Of a stretch of 64,000 nt of DNA, positions 1-8,295 are shown in pieces. The stretch is from a virus, in the IMG/VR virus record IMGVR_UViG_3300036795_000124, positions 753-64,752 of that record. The stretch is one strand, 5' to 3'. The notes beneath the pieces are model-generated. The model saw only the letters and a list, made by a program, of their open reading frames with translations, did not search any database and was not told the DNA's origin. Position numbers and translations under genes: made by a program. How positions within the stretch are numbered: the stretch's first letter is position 1; each line of letters begins with the position of its first letter.

Positions 1-40
1 TGCTCGCAATTCAGCAAGCCTCGTCGTCATCCCAGTCCGA

Positions 41-649
41 TTGCACGATCGGGTGCAACATTGGCGGGATATTCCCGATGATCTGCGAAGCGGTTGGCGT
101 CCCGTTTATGATCCAGAGGCGGCGGCCGTCGCTGCCGCTTTGATCGCTGAACAAAAGAAAATGGCGCCCGACGGGGCCATCGCGGAATGGCTCATGCGGC
201 TCAATGATGCCGTTGCAGCCAATTTAGAACCGGAACAGCTGGCGCGTCGCGTCAGTGTCACCGTCAACGTTCTTGGCGAAGATCTTCCAGCCTATTGCTG
301 GACAAACGAAACATTCAAGCTGGCATCACGGCGATTCAAATGGTTCCCGACGGTCGCCGAATTAAGCGATCTTTTAGAACCGATAAAAGTCGAACGTCAA
401 CAGACGATCGATCTGATTCTGCGGATGTCCCAGCGCGCGATCTCAGATCGGATCGAGGGGGGCGTCGAATCTAAAACCCCCTACCCAGTCATACCGGCAC
501 CGCCCGGGACACCGGCGCCGCATTTTGATCCAAAGACGACGTTCCGGACCGAGCCCGGCGTCGAATCTATAATCCAAAAACCTATACGCACGGTCGAGGA
601 ACAACTCGCCTCACTTGGATTCGCATCAGATGGGAAGACACCGCTATGA
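41..649 (+). CDS. Phage protein, possibly a replication accessory (helicase-loader-like)
   Basis: 202-aa ORF with a WFPTVAEL motif resembling phage helicase-loader-type proteins; ATGA overlap with the next gene; start uncertain near the window edge. Confidence 0.45.
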   Translation: MHDRVQHWRDIPDDLRSGWRPVYDPEAAAVAAALIAEQKKMAPDGAIAEWLMRLNDAVAANLEPEQLARRVSVTVNVLGEDLPAYCWTNETFKLASRRFKWFPTVAELSDLLEPIKVERQQTIDLILRMSQRAISDRIEGGVESKTPYPVIPAPPGTPAPHFDPKTTFRTEPGVESIIQKPIRTVEEQLASLGFASDGKTPL

Positions 650-1320
650 ACGCGTTCGATATCGATGATCCTGGTCTGTCGGATCAGGATAAATCTCACG
701 TCCGTTCATGGAACAACCTGCGAGCAGAGCGCATTGTGAACGGGAAATTGTCGATCGGTCTCAGCATAGAACGCAGGTGGCCCAAATCCTTCGCGTATAT
801 CTGCCGCACCGATGCTGAGGCGTATGATATCGCTCGACAACGTGGCTGGATCAATCCGGACAACAGTTCCAAGGCGCTCGACAAACGAATGCAGGACGAT
901 TGGGGATCAATCACCGAGACAGGGCTCACCGCCAAATTGATCGAAGTCGAGAAATTGCACCGTGTAGACCGGGGAGGACCGAAGATCGCGGCAGCCTGTC
1001 TGAGTTTTCTTCGCACCGCGATTGGCAGGCACGCGCCACATCTCGTTCATCTGATCCCTGATCGATTCGCCGATGCGGAGATCGAGACTCGGCGCACATC
1101 GGCGGAACAATTGGCGGCGATTGGTTCCATCGATGCCGCCCGGGAGGCGGTCGCGCGCGCAACGGCGGCATTCGAGGCGCGCCGCGGCCGGGCACCAGGG
1201 GCGCTGTCGGAGGACGCGTTGGCGTCAGCGCGTGATGGCTCGCAGGCCGTGCAGGCGGCGCGCGCGCACCAGGAGGCTGTCAGACGGCGGGACACCTGGA
1301 CGCCGCCGTGGGAGGCCTGA
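646..1320 (+). CDS. Hypothetical phage protein
   Basis: 224-aa ORF, ATGA-coupled to the upstream gene. Confidence 0.6.
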   Translation: MNAFDIDDPGLSDQDKSHVRSWNNLRAERIVNGKLSIGLSIERRWPKSFAYICRTDAEAYDIARQRGWINPDNSSKALDKRMQDDWGSITETGLTAKLIEVEKLHRVDRGGPKIAAACLSFLRTAIGRHAPHLVHLIPDRFADAEIETRRTSAEQLAAIGSIDAAREAVARATAAFEARRGRAPGALSEDALASARDGSQAVQAARAHQEAVRRRDTWTPPWEA

Positions 1321-1321
1321 G

Positions 1322-1741
1322 ATGGCGGCGTGGAATGGCCCCAAGGGGATCGAGGCCAAGCGGCGATCCGCCGTTCATCGCCACAAACGGGCAATCGCCT
1401 ATGCCGTCCGTCTGGGCGAGGGCACCGCGACAATGACATCGATCGGACGTGAGGAAGGCCTCACGCGTGACGCGATCAGCCTGATCTTGCAGCGTGCGTG
1501 TCCGCCGTTTGCCGATCCGCCTCCGCCATCGCCCCCCGAGCCGGCGTTCGCCCCCAAACCGCCCAAACCGGAGAAGCGGCCAGACTGGACACGGCCCGAT
1601 CCCGCTTTGCTGGCGCTCGCCCGCGCGGCGCGCGCCGAGATCGAGGCGGCGTGGGGTAAGTCGAAAATTGCACCGACATCCAACGACGACGACGCCTGGA
1701 CCGAGACCATGCTACGCGCATCGCACCCGGAGGTCCTGTGA
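1322..1741 (+). CDS. Hypothetical protein, possible HTH, Pro-rich linker
   Basis: ATG at 1322 directly after the previous stop; segment ATMTSIGREEGLTRDAISLIL is HTH-like. Confidence 0.5.
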   Translation: MAAWNGPKGIEAKRRSAVHRHKRAIAYAVRLGEGTATMTSIGREEGLTRDAISLILQRACPPFADPPPPSPPEPAFAPKPPKPEKRPDWTRPDPALLALARAARAEIEAAWGKSKIAPTSNDDDAWTETMLRASHPEVL

Positions 1742-2001
1742 TGCAAAAGCGATTGGCCAAAGACATCCTCGAATCACCCATCAGGCTCAGCGAGATCAAG
1801 CCCGGTGATCGCGTGCGCGGCTTTGAAGCGTGGGGCTGTGTGCCGGACAATGCCACCCGCACGGTGATGCAGGACGAATCCGGTCTCTACGTCGAGTGCA
1901 AAAGTGGCCACCACTACCTGGACGGACAGACCAGCGAGGATGGCACTCTGCTCGGCATGATGAAAATTCCCCGGAGGTCGGCGGATATGTTTGCGCCATG
2001 A
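1738..2001 (+). CDS. Hypothetical phage protein
   Basis: GTGA overlap upstream and ATGA overlap downstream. Confidence 0.55.
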   Translation: MMQKRLAKDILESPIRLSEIKPGDRVRGFEAWGCVPDNATRTVMQDESGLYVECKSGHHYLDGQTSEDGTLLGMMKIPRRSADMFAP

Positions 2002-2264
2002 AAGACAACGAGGCTCGAAACACAACGACGCCTGCCGAATCGGTCCGTGACGGCAAGCCGAATTGGCCGGTCGTCTTGCGTCTGTGGGCGAAGTGGGGCC
2101 TTTGGGGTGGCGAGCCTCCCGACAAGTCGGACTATCTGGCCATAGCGGAGGAGATAGATCGGCTGCGCGCTGAGAACAGCGCTCTCAAACGCGATCTGAT
2201 CTGCTGCGATCAAGCGCAGATCGATATAGTCAAGCGCATACAGGATGTAATCAATGGCCAGTGA
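1998..2264 (+). CDS. Hypothetical protein with short coiled coil
   Basis: ATGA overlap at 1998-2001; EEIDRLRAENSALK heptads. Confidence 0.55.
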   Translation: MKDNEARNTTTPAESVRDGKPNWPVVLRLWAKWGLWGGEPPDKSDYLAIAEEIDRLRAENSALKRDLICCDQAQIDIVKRIQDVINGQ

Positions 2265-2478
2265 TCCACAGACCACCGCTGCGACTTTCCACTACCGGCT
2301 GAACGGCGGCGCTGAGAAGCAGATCGAAGTAAACACCGGCATCTACCAGTTCGCCGCGCTGGCTATACCAGCGGTAACTGGCGAGACCAATTTGCCGATG
2401 GTGATAGAGATGATCTGGTGCCCACGCTTCATATTGCGTGTGATGTGCCGATCCTCGCCGCGCCGGAGGTCGGCATGA
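2254..2478 (+). CDS. Hypothetical phage protein
   Basis: 74-aa ORF overlapping both neighbours. Confidence 0.45.
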   Translation: MASDPQTTAATFHYRLNGGAEKQIEVNTGIYQFAALAIPAVTGETNLPMVIEMIWCPRFILRVMCRSSPRRRSA

Positions 2479-3056
2479 GCGGATCACAGGCCAACCGGAT
2501 GACCAGAACTGAGCGCACCGAGTTGTTGTCGCTCATTCGCAAGCGGGAAAAGGTGATGAAGACCATGGCGTCGGATCGCTCGGCGCAGATGCTGGCCGAG
2601 TTCGAGGCCCAGGCCGCGAAGATCTACGATTTCAACGACGACGAGATCTGGAAGGCGGCCACCGAGGAGGCGATGAAGGCGGCCAAGATCGCCCAGACCG
2701 GCATCGAGAAGCGATGCAAGGAACTTGGCATCCCGAAGGAATTCGCGCCCTCGTTGGAAGTCGCGTGGTTCGGCCGTGGCGAGAATGCGGTCAGCATGCG
2801 TCGCGCGGAATTGCGGCGGGCCGCGAAAGCCCGCATCGCCGCAATCGAGACCCAGGCGATCAGTCGCATCGAGCAGATGTCGATGGAGGCGCAATCCGAA
2901 TTGCTGTCGCACGGGCTCGATACCGACGCCGCGCAGAAATTCCTGGCCGCCGCCAAGGCTGATATGATTGCGCTGATGCCATCATTGGTGGTGATCGAGG
3001 TAGAAAAGATGATCGAGCCCACGTTCAGGCGCCGGCTGGCCACCAGCTATCATTGA
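2475..3056 (+). CDS. Hypothetical helical phage protein
   Basis: GGAGGT SD upstream and ATGA overlap at 2475. Confidence 0.7.
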   Translation: MSGSQANRMTRTERTELLSLIRKREKVMKTMASDRSAQMLAEFEAQAAKIYDFNDDEIWKAATEEAMKAAKIAQTGIEKRCKELGIPKEFAPSLEVAWFGRGENAVSMRRAELRRAAKARIAAIETQAISRIEQMSMEAQSELLSHGLDTDAAQKFLAAAKADMIALMPSLVVIEVEKMIEPTFRRRLATSYH

Positions 3057-3214
3057 TTTGCCGACCGCATCCCGAGCGCGATAGCATGGGCGCGTTCCGT
3101 GCGGAAAACGGCAAGAACCCTCTGGGGTGAGTCGATGGTGTCCTCTCGGAAAGGCCGGGGCTGGTTTGTGGCTTTTCCACGCCCCGGCCGCGAGGACTCG
3201 CGTCGCCCCCTTGG

Positions 3215-3231
3215 GTGAATCAGAATTGGTG
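3215..3231 (+). repeat. 17-bp element GTGAATCAGAATTGGTG, copy 1 of an inverted pair
   Basis: Exact reverse complement occurs at 12928-12944. Confidence 0.8.
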
Positions 3232-3240
3232 CATCCCTTG

Positions 3241-3456
3241 TCACGCTCCATCGTTGAGGATAATCGCGCGATCATTCCAGCCCAGGCGCCAGCTGAGGCC
3301 CGCCACGCTGTGATGCGGATGTGGACAGGCGTGGAATGGCGCGTCGGCAACGCGCGCCGCCCAGCCCGCCTCGTAGGCGGCAGGATCGGGCGCCGCCGTG
3401 CCGTGGATGATGGCCTCGTAGCGCACGAATTCAGCGTGATCCATCGCGCGCACCAT
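3241..3456 (-). CDS. Rmf/CrpP-fold-like small protein
   Basis: GGAGA SD; AYEAGWAAR...CPH...WRLGW pattern resembles ribosome modulation factor (GYxAG...CPY...WLxGW). Confidence 0.5.
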   Translation of the reverse strand: MVRAMDHAEFVRYEAIIHGTAAPDPAAYEAGWAARVADAPFHACPHPHHSVAGLSWRLGWNDRAIILNDGA

Positions 3457-4018
3457 CGCGTATCTCCACGCGGCGTTGATCCATCGCCTCCCGCGTAAGC
3501 ATCTCCGACGTGCGCTCAATCCATTCCCCGTCCGGGGCCGGCGGCGGTGCGATCAGCATAGCGTCCGCGCTGCCATAGCGCACGATCGCCGGCAGCCGCT
3601 TGGCCTGCAGCCAGGATCGCAGCGCGGGATCGCGGTGCGCATCCGACCGCGCCGGATCGACCCATATCTGGACGACCTGCATCTCCTTGTCGCCGTCGAC
3701 GATGATGGTGTCGAGCATGCAATCGATCAGATAGCCCATGTGGTCAGGGCGCTTCATGCCTGCCGTGGTCGGATCGAACAGCCAGCGGCACGACCAGTAC
3801 CGACGCACATCAGGCCGCTCGGCGTAGATCGAACAGCCCTTGTGATTGAGGAATTGGCACTTGGTCATTGCCGGCTTGTTCAGCGGGCGCTCGACGGGGA
3901 CGAGCGTACAGCAAGATTTGCAACTGCCGCAGGCGCGTCCCAGTACCGGTTGGCCGTAGATCGTCCAATCGTCGCCGGTCTCGGTACCGATGACGACATT
4001 AGCAAGTCGATGTTCCAT
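3431..4018 (-). CDS. YkgJ-like Cys-cluster (Zn or Fe-S) protein
   Basis: CGSCKSCC...C...CSIYAERP motif; AGAGGACACC start-associated motif before the ATG. Confidence 0.7.
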   Translation of the reverse strand: MEHRLANVVIGTETGDDWTIYGQPVLGRACGSCKSCCTLVPVERPLNKPAMTKCQFLNHKGCSIYAERPDVRRYWSCRWLFDPTTAGMKRPDHMGYLIDCMLDTIIVDGDKEMQVVQIWVDPARSDAHRDPALRSWLQAKRLPAIVRYGSADAMLIAPPPAPDGEWIERTSEMLTREAMDQRRVEIRDGARDGSR

Positions 4019-4122
4019 GTGGTGTCCTCTCAAGTCTTGTAAGGGCAGCGACGGGGGGGGGAGCGATTCCCCCTCCCCGCCACACGGGGGCCGGACTCGG
4101 GCCGCAAAGCGATATGCTTGGC

Positions 4123-4779
4123 TTAGCCCGCCGGGAGCCGGTTCCCCCGTATCAGTTTTCCCCGCCGTGCCAAGGCCAGGCCGATCATGCTCGTGCCTAG
4201 CGGCAACAAAGAAATGGGCTCAGGAATGTTGGAGCCGCCGGTTGCGAAGCCGGTTACGGCCCCTCCGTCGAAGCCAATATGCGCCGCTGCCAGGAAGCCG
4301 CTGGCATTTTCAGTCAGCACATTGTCGGCGTCGGCCCAGCTATTTCCGAGTGTAGCAATGAGGCTGACGATGATCTCGCCGGAGCGAGATGCCCACCCGT
4401 CACTGGAATTGATGGTCTGGTTGAATAAACCAAAACCATCTTCGTTGCCTGCGCCCCCATTGGCATACGTGGGTTGGATGGCGAGTGGCGCCGAGGTGCC
4501 ACTGATGAGGCCGAGACTCCACGTTCCGTTGACGTTCATCGCCACGCTACCACCGTCGAGCATGTAGTAGGTATTGCCGCCATTCGTGAATGCGCCGAAC
4601 GTGACAAGAGCGTGTGTTGGGGTCGTTAGATTTACGTCTACATGGATGTACGGCCCGATGCCACCGACGTTGTCGCGATCGAGGCTGAAGTTGAAGTAGC
4701 TGAAGTCAGCCTTCGCTTGGCTGGCTCCCAGAGTGAGGAAACCAGCCAAAGCAGTGGACAGTAGAATATTGTGTTTCAT
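4123..4779 (-). CDS. PEP-CTERM sorting-domain protein with signal peptide
   Basis: N-terminal signal ending AKA-D; C-terminal IPEP, hydrophobic segment, then RRGK. Confidence 0.85.
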   Translation of the reverse strand: MKHNILLSTALAGFLTLGASQAKADFSYFNFSLDRDNVGGIGPYIHVDVNLTTPTHALVTFGAFTNGGNTYYMLDGGSVAMNVNGTWSLGLISGTSAPLAIQPTYANGGAGNEDGFGLFNQTINSSDGWASRSGEIIVSLIATLGNSWADADNVLTENASGFLAAAHIGFDGGAVTGFATGGSNIPEPISLLPLGTSMIGLALARRGKLIRGNRLPAG

Positions 4780-4794
4780 TTGTGGAACTCCTCA

Positions 4795-5247
4795 TCAGTA
4801 GAAGCGCGCGCCGCCCTCGATGATGATGCGGCGCGCATTGCCGATCGGCATCTCGGCGAACGAGTCTTTCCAATCGAGCACATGCCGGCTCATTGGCACG
4901 AAATAACCCGTCTCTATTGCGCCGAATTCGATGATGTCGCCGATCATCGACGAACGACGGCCCCGTTCGAGATTGTGGCGGGTGATGGTGATGGGATCGA
5001 TCGGCCGGATCGATGGCGGCGGCCGCACCGACCAGCAGTCGGACGCGCCGCCGTTCTGGGTGAGTGTGCGGAATAAGGCGAGTGCGGTGTGGCTTGGCAG
5101 GATGCCGTGCATCTCGGCGACGGCCTCGTAGTGGCCCGCCTGGAATATGATGCCAGCCTGCCGCGCGCGGTTGATATTGGGTCCCGCGAAGAGCTCGTCG
5201 GGCAATCCGGTCGAATCCGCACGGATGAAGGAAAGGCGATGATACAT
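4795..5247 (-). CDS. Hypothetical protein (weak YodL-like motif)
   Basis: GAGG SD; RRSSMIGDII motif. Confidence 0.55.
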   Translation of the reverse strand: MYHRLSFIRADSTGLPDELFAGPNINRARQAGIIFQAGHYEAVAEMHGILPSHTALALFRTLTQNGGASDCWSVRPPPSIRPIDPITITRHNLERGRRSSMIGDIIEFGAIETGYFVPMSRHVLDWKDSFAEMPIGNARRIIIEGGARFY

Positions 5248-5258
5248 GGTCGTTTTCC

Positions 5259-5843
5259 TCAATTGGGATCGATGCGCTGTAGCTCGGCCTCGAAGTCCTC
5301 CAACGCGGCGCGCGCGACCGCCACCATCTCTGGCGTCGGTGCTTTCGGCAGCAGGAAATTATTAGCCATCCGACCTGTCGTCTCGCCCGCGCCATCGTTG
5401 GCGAACATATCGAGCCCGATGCCGGTTACCTGATTACGATCGTTGCGCTCGATCGGATGGCATTGCATCAAGCGGCCGAGCGGCGCGTCGTCGCGACGAT
5501 ATTCCGTCATCGCGATCACTGCCTCGATCCTGTCGGGCAGCGATCTGACGCCATCCCGGTCGGCTTTGTCGATCGTCGCCTGATCATTCCTCTCGATCGT
5601 CGCGACCCAGGCTTCGGTAAGATAGCTGAGCGACGTGGCCTCCTTGGCGATGCAGAACGTCCTGATCAGGGTGATCATGCGCGAACGTGCCCGTGCACTG
5701 GACATATTCACGCCGATGACGTGGATGATACCCGGGCAATGCACTAGGAATGTTGGTGGGAGCGAGCCCTGAGTGGTCAGGATGCGCTCGCATGTCGCAA
5801 TGTCCTTGCGCATGACCTCGCGCCATTGTTGTTCGGTGTTCAT
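5259..5843 (-). CDS. Hypothetical phage protein
   Basis: ATG follows repeat element R1. Confidence 0.7.
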   Translation of the reverse strand: MNTEQQWREVMRKDIATCERILTTQGSLPPTFLVHCPGIIHVIGVNMSSARARSRMITLIRTFCIAKEATSLSYLTEAWVATIERNDQATIDKADRDGVRSLPDRIEAVIAMTEYRRDDAPLGRLMQCHPIERNDRNQVTGIGLDMFANDGAGETTGRMANNFLLPKAPTPEMVAVARAALEDFEAELQRIDPN

Positions 5844-5924
5844 GTTTCGGTGTCCCTCTGTGATCCTGGACATCTGGCCCAGGCGAAAGGGGCCTGTGTG
5901 AATACAGGCCGCTTCCGTCGCAGG
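5844..5924 (-). repeat. Structured intergenic element R1
   Basis: stop-CCTGCGA-hairpin-CCTGG..CCAGGA-CAGAGGGACACC-ATG. Confidence 0.8.
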
Positions 5925-6407
5925 TCAGAATTTTCGCTGGCGGAAACCCGGCTTGCCGATCATGGCATCCATGATGTCGCGCCGCTGCATCCCGAAAGGG
6001 ATGCGATAGGCTGGATCGATAAAGACCCACAGGTGGTATTTGTTGCTGGTATCGTTGAGTCGCGATTCCGCCGGATAAATCTCAAGTCCCTCGCATTCGG
6101 GGCCGACGAGCTCGTTCTTGATTCATTGGAAATGCCGCCAATCGCGGAAGATCGGGCGACCGTCGCGGCGGCGGATGTTCAAGTGTTTGGCCGAGACGTT
6201 GCCGTCGCGGTCATAGACCGGCCGCACCTGGACCTGATACAGATCATTGATCCAGTACTCGCAATCATGAGTCTCCGCTTCCAACGCGAGACGAACATCG
6301 TCCCGGCTTTGCCCTGGAATATGCGCCAGCGTTGCATCGATATCTGCGTCGATGACGGGCGTGACCGTCGCCCGCTGCAACGGCCGCCAATGCTTCTGCG
6401 ACGACAT
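5925..6407 (-). pseudogene. Conserved phage protein interrupted by an in-frame TGA at 6123-6125
   Basis: RDWRHFQ*IKNELVGPECEGLEIYPAESRL continues in frame to the stop at 5925, immediately before R1. Confidence 0.7.
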
Positions 6408-6835
6408 CAGGCGTCATCCTTCGGAGCGGATGACGCGATGAATTCGTCCCATAGGGCGGCGGGTTCTCCGTTGATGGCAACGGCCGGTCTGGTTTGCGCG
6501 TTGGCCCATGCGACGAATTGCTCGCGCGTGACCCACTCGATTGTGCGCCGCAGATCATCGATGGTCTGGCCCGGCGGATCGCTGTCGGTCTCATTGTCAG
6601 GCCCGACCACGAGACCCTTGCCGGGGAGCGGCTGGCCATCGAGCCGGGTGCGGACGCGAAAGAAATGCCGCTGCGGCTTGAGCAGGCCGTTGTCATCGAC
6701 GAACAGGACGTCGCCGTTGGGCCAGGAATGGCCGTGGCAGATCAGGTCGCCGTCGATGATCTTAGAAATGTTGGCGTAGTTGTACGTGGTCTCCGAGATG
6801 GTACGGCTCTCGGGATCGATCAGATAGCCTTTCAT
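6407..6835 (-). CDS. DUF3846-like protein
   Basis: YLIDP...DVLFVDDNGLL...GKGLVVG motif; follows R2. Confidence 0.6.
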   Translation of the reverse strand: MKGYLIDPESRTISETTYNYANISKIIDGDLICHGHSWPNGDVLFVDDNGLLKPQRHFFRVRTRLDGQPLPGKGLVVGPDNETDSDPPGQTIDDLRRTIEWVTREQFVAWANAQTRPAVAINGEPAALWDEFIASSAPKDDA

Positions 6836-6918
6836 GATTGGTGTCCCTCTGTGATCCTGGCCCTTGACTGGCCCAGGCCGATGCAGCGTTTCACGTGAAA
6901 CGCTGCATCTGTCGCGGG
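6836..6918 (-). repeat. Structured intergenic element R2
   Basis: Contains a perfect 30-bp palindrome (6880-6909) as the P1 stem. Confidence 0.85.
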
Positions 6919-7119
6919 TCAGGCGCGTCGTTTGTTTTTCTTTCTGATAGGAGGTTTCAGCCGAGCCCGGACTGAATCTACTGGCAGCATCTTGCCATAG
7001 GTCCTGCCCGGGATGCCGGTACGCAAAGCGGCACGTCCGGCTTCGGTGATGACGTAGCGATTCCCTTCAAGGGCGACCCATCCAGCGTCGATCATTTTCT
7101 CTAATTCTGTCTTGTTCAT
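6919..7119 (-). CDS. Small basic protein, winged-helix-like
   Basis: GWVALEGNRYVITEAGRAAL wing-like motif. Confidence 0.5.
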   Translation of the reverse strand: MNKTELEKMIDAGWVALEGNRYVITEAGRAALRTGIPGRTYGKMLPVDSVRARLKPPIRKKNKRRA

Positions 7120-7123
7120 ATCA

Positions 7124-7345
7124 TCACCATCGCCAATTCTCGGGTATATCCTGATAATAGCGATCGGCCGTCGCCTCATGGCGCGCTGCATCGACGATTT
7201 CGCCCATGGCCCGCAATCGCATCGCTTTACTCTTCGATGTTGCATAGGCTGCCAGGAAAACCAGATTCGCGGCAGTCTCGGCGAGTTCGTCGGCGCTCAT
7301 CGCATCGAGATTGAGCTCGCCCAGGTCGTAGGGGAACTTGCTCAT
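7124..7345 (-). CDS. Hypothetical protein
   Basis: ATGA-coupled ORF. Confidence 0.55.
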   Translation of the reverse strand: MSKFPYDLGELNLDAMSADELAETAANLVFLAAYATSKSKAMRLRAMGEIVDAARHEATADRYYQDIPENWRW

Positions 7346-7554
7346 AGCGCGAGCACCAATTCTTCCGCGCCGAACACTTGATCGGCGCCGCACGACTCAC
7401 AGCGATAATTGCGCGCATCGGGATCGACGCCCATCGCTTCTTCGCCGCACACGATACAGAACCCCGGATTGTCGAGGGTCGTGTTGTAACGTTCGACGGC
7501 TGCGAGGATGACGTCGTCGGTCAGGCTCGCGTGCCAAAGCTTACGATCGATCAT
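7342..7554 (-). CDS. Zn-ribbon protein
   Basis: CxxC...CxxC. Confidence 0.65.
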   Translation of the reverse strand: MIDRKLWHASLTDDVILAAVERYNTTLDNPGFCIVCGEEAMGVDPDARNYRCESCGADQVFGAEELVLAL

Positions 7555-7747
7555 GGCGATGGTCCCTCCGTTCGGGTGGCGTTGTGCCGACGACGAGGTC
7601 GATGAACGCGCCGGCAAAGGTGAAGCAAACGAGGATCAAGCCGGCCGCCTGGGCGCACACGTCGAGCACGCCCATGACGATGGCCGGGATCACCAGGAGC
7701 GCGGCGATGATCGCGGCGACGATGATGAAGAACGGCAACTCGGTCAT
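7541..7747 (-). CDS. Small membrane protein
   Basis: Two hydrophobic segments; ATGA overlap. Confidence 0.55.
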   Translation of the reverse strand: MTELPFFIIVAAIIAALLVIPAIVMGVLDVCAQAAGLILVCFTFAGAFIDLVVGTTPPERRDHRHDRS

Positions 7748-8223
7748 GTCGGCGCCTCGCCGTGATGCGGGCAACCGTCGAGCACAGGATCATCCGACGC
7801 CACACCATTGGCCTCGGCCATGGCTCGGTAGTTTTCATGCAGCTCGTGGCCGCCGTCGCTGACCTTGGATGGATCGAACTTGCCAAAGGCTACCGCCAGA
7901 CGCCAGCCGATCGCATCAGGAGAGCGCAGGATGTAGCCGGCGCATGTGGCGGGTTTTTCTGTGCCCGACGAATGGCAAGCGAAGCCATGGGTCGCTATGT
8001 CGAATTGTTCGATCGAAATCATGGAGCTGCCATAGCCGGTCGCAGCGGAGTGTCGGAATGCCTCGGCGGGGAACTCGCCCACGGCATCTTTGCGCCAGGG
8101 GCACGTATCGCAGGGACGACGCCGGTAGGAGCCGCCACCGCCCGTCAGGGTGTGCACAGCATGGTCAGGCCCCGCGAACCGCGTAGCGGTTATCTGGGGG
8201 CGCCTCTTTTGTGGTTTTTGCAT
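7744..8223 (-). CDS. Cys-rich phage protein (DUF6283-like)
   Basis: PCDTCPWRKD...FACH...CAG motif; follows R3. Confidence 0.65.
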   Translation of the reverse strand: MQKPQKRRPQITATRFAGPDHAVHTLTGGGGSYRRRPCDTCPWRKDAVGEFPAEAFRHSAATGYGSSMISIEQFDIATHGFACHSSGTEKPATCAGYILRSPDAIGWRLAVAFGKFDPSKVSDGGHELHENYRAMAEANGVASDDPVLDGCPHHGEAPT

Positions 8224-8295
8224 TGTGGTGTCCTCTGTTGAATTCCTGGGGTCTGGTCCAGGGAGAAGCACGGCGGACCGTGCTTCCCTCGCGGA
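8224..8295 (-). repeat. Structured intergenic element R3
   Basis: TCCGCGA-GGGAAGCACGG..CCGTGCTTCTC-CCTGG..CCAGGA-CAGAGGACACC. Confidence 0.85.

Noticed and set aside
3185-3205. HDV-like ribozyme suggested by TCCTCGC
   Set aside because: P1, P2 and P3 pairings could not be built; the segment forms a simple hairpin
3790-3812. Arg in place of an expected Cys in the YkgJ-like motif (PDVRR)
   Set aside because: A single-base difference that cannot be told apart from natural variation or sequencing error without homologs
4050-4082. Rho-independent terminator
   Set aside because: A G/C hairpin is present but no U-tract follows on either strand
6123-6125. Selenocysteine or genome-wide TGA recoding
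   Set aside because: TGA is the common stop in coupled overlaps throughout the window, there is no complete tRNA-Sec or suppressor tRNA, and the context is not a Cys-type site
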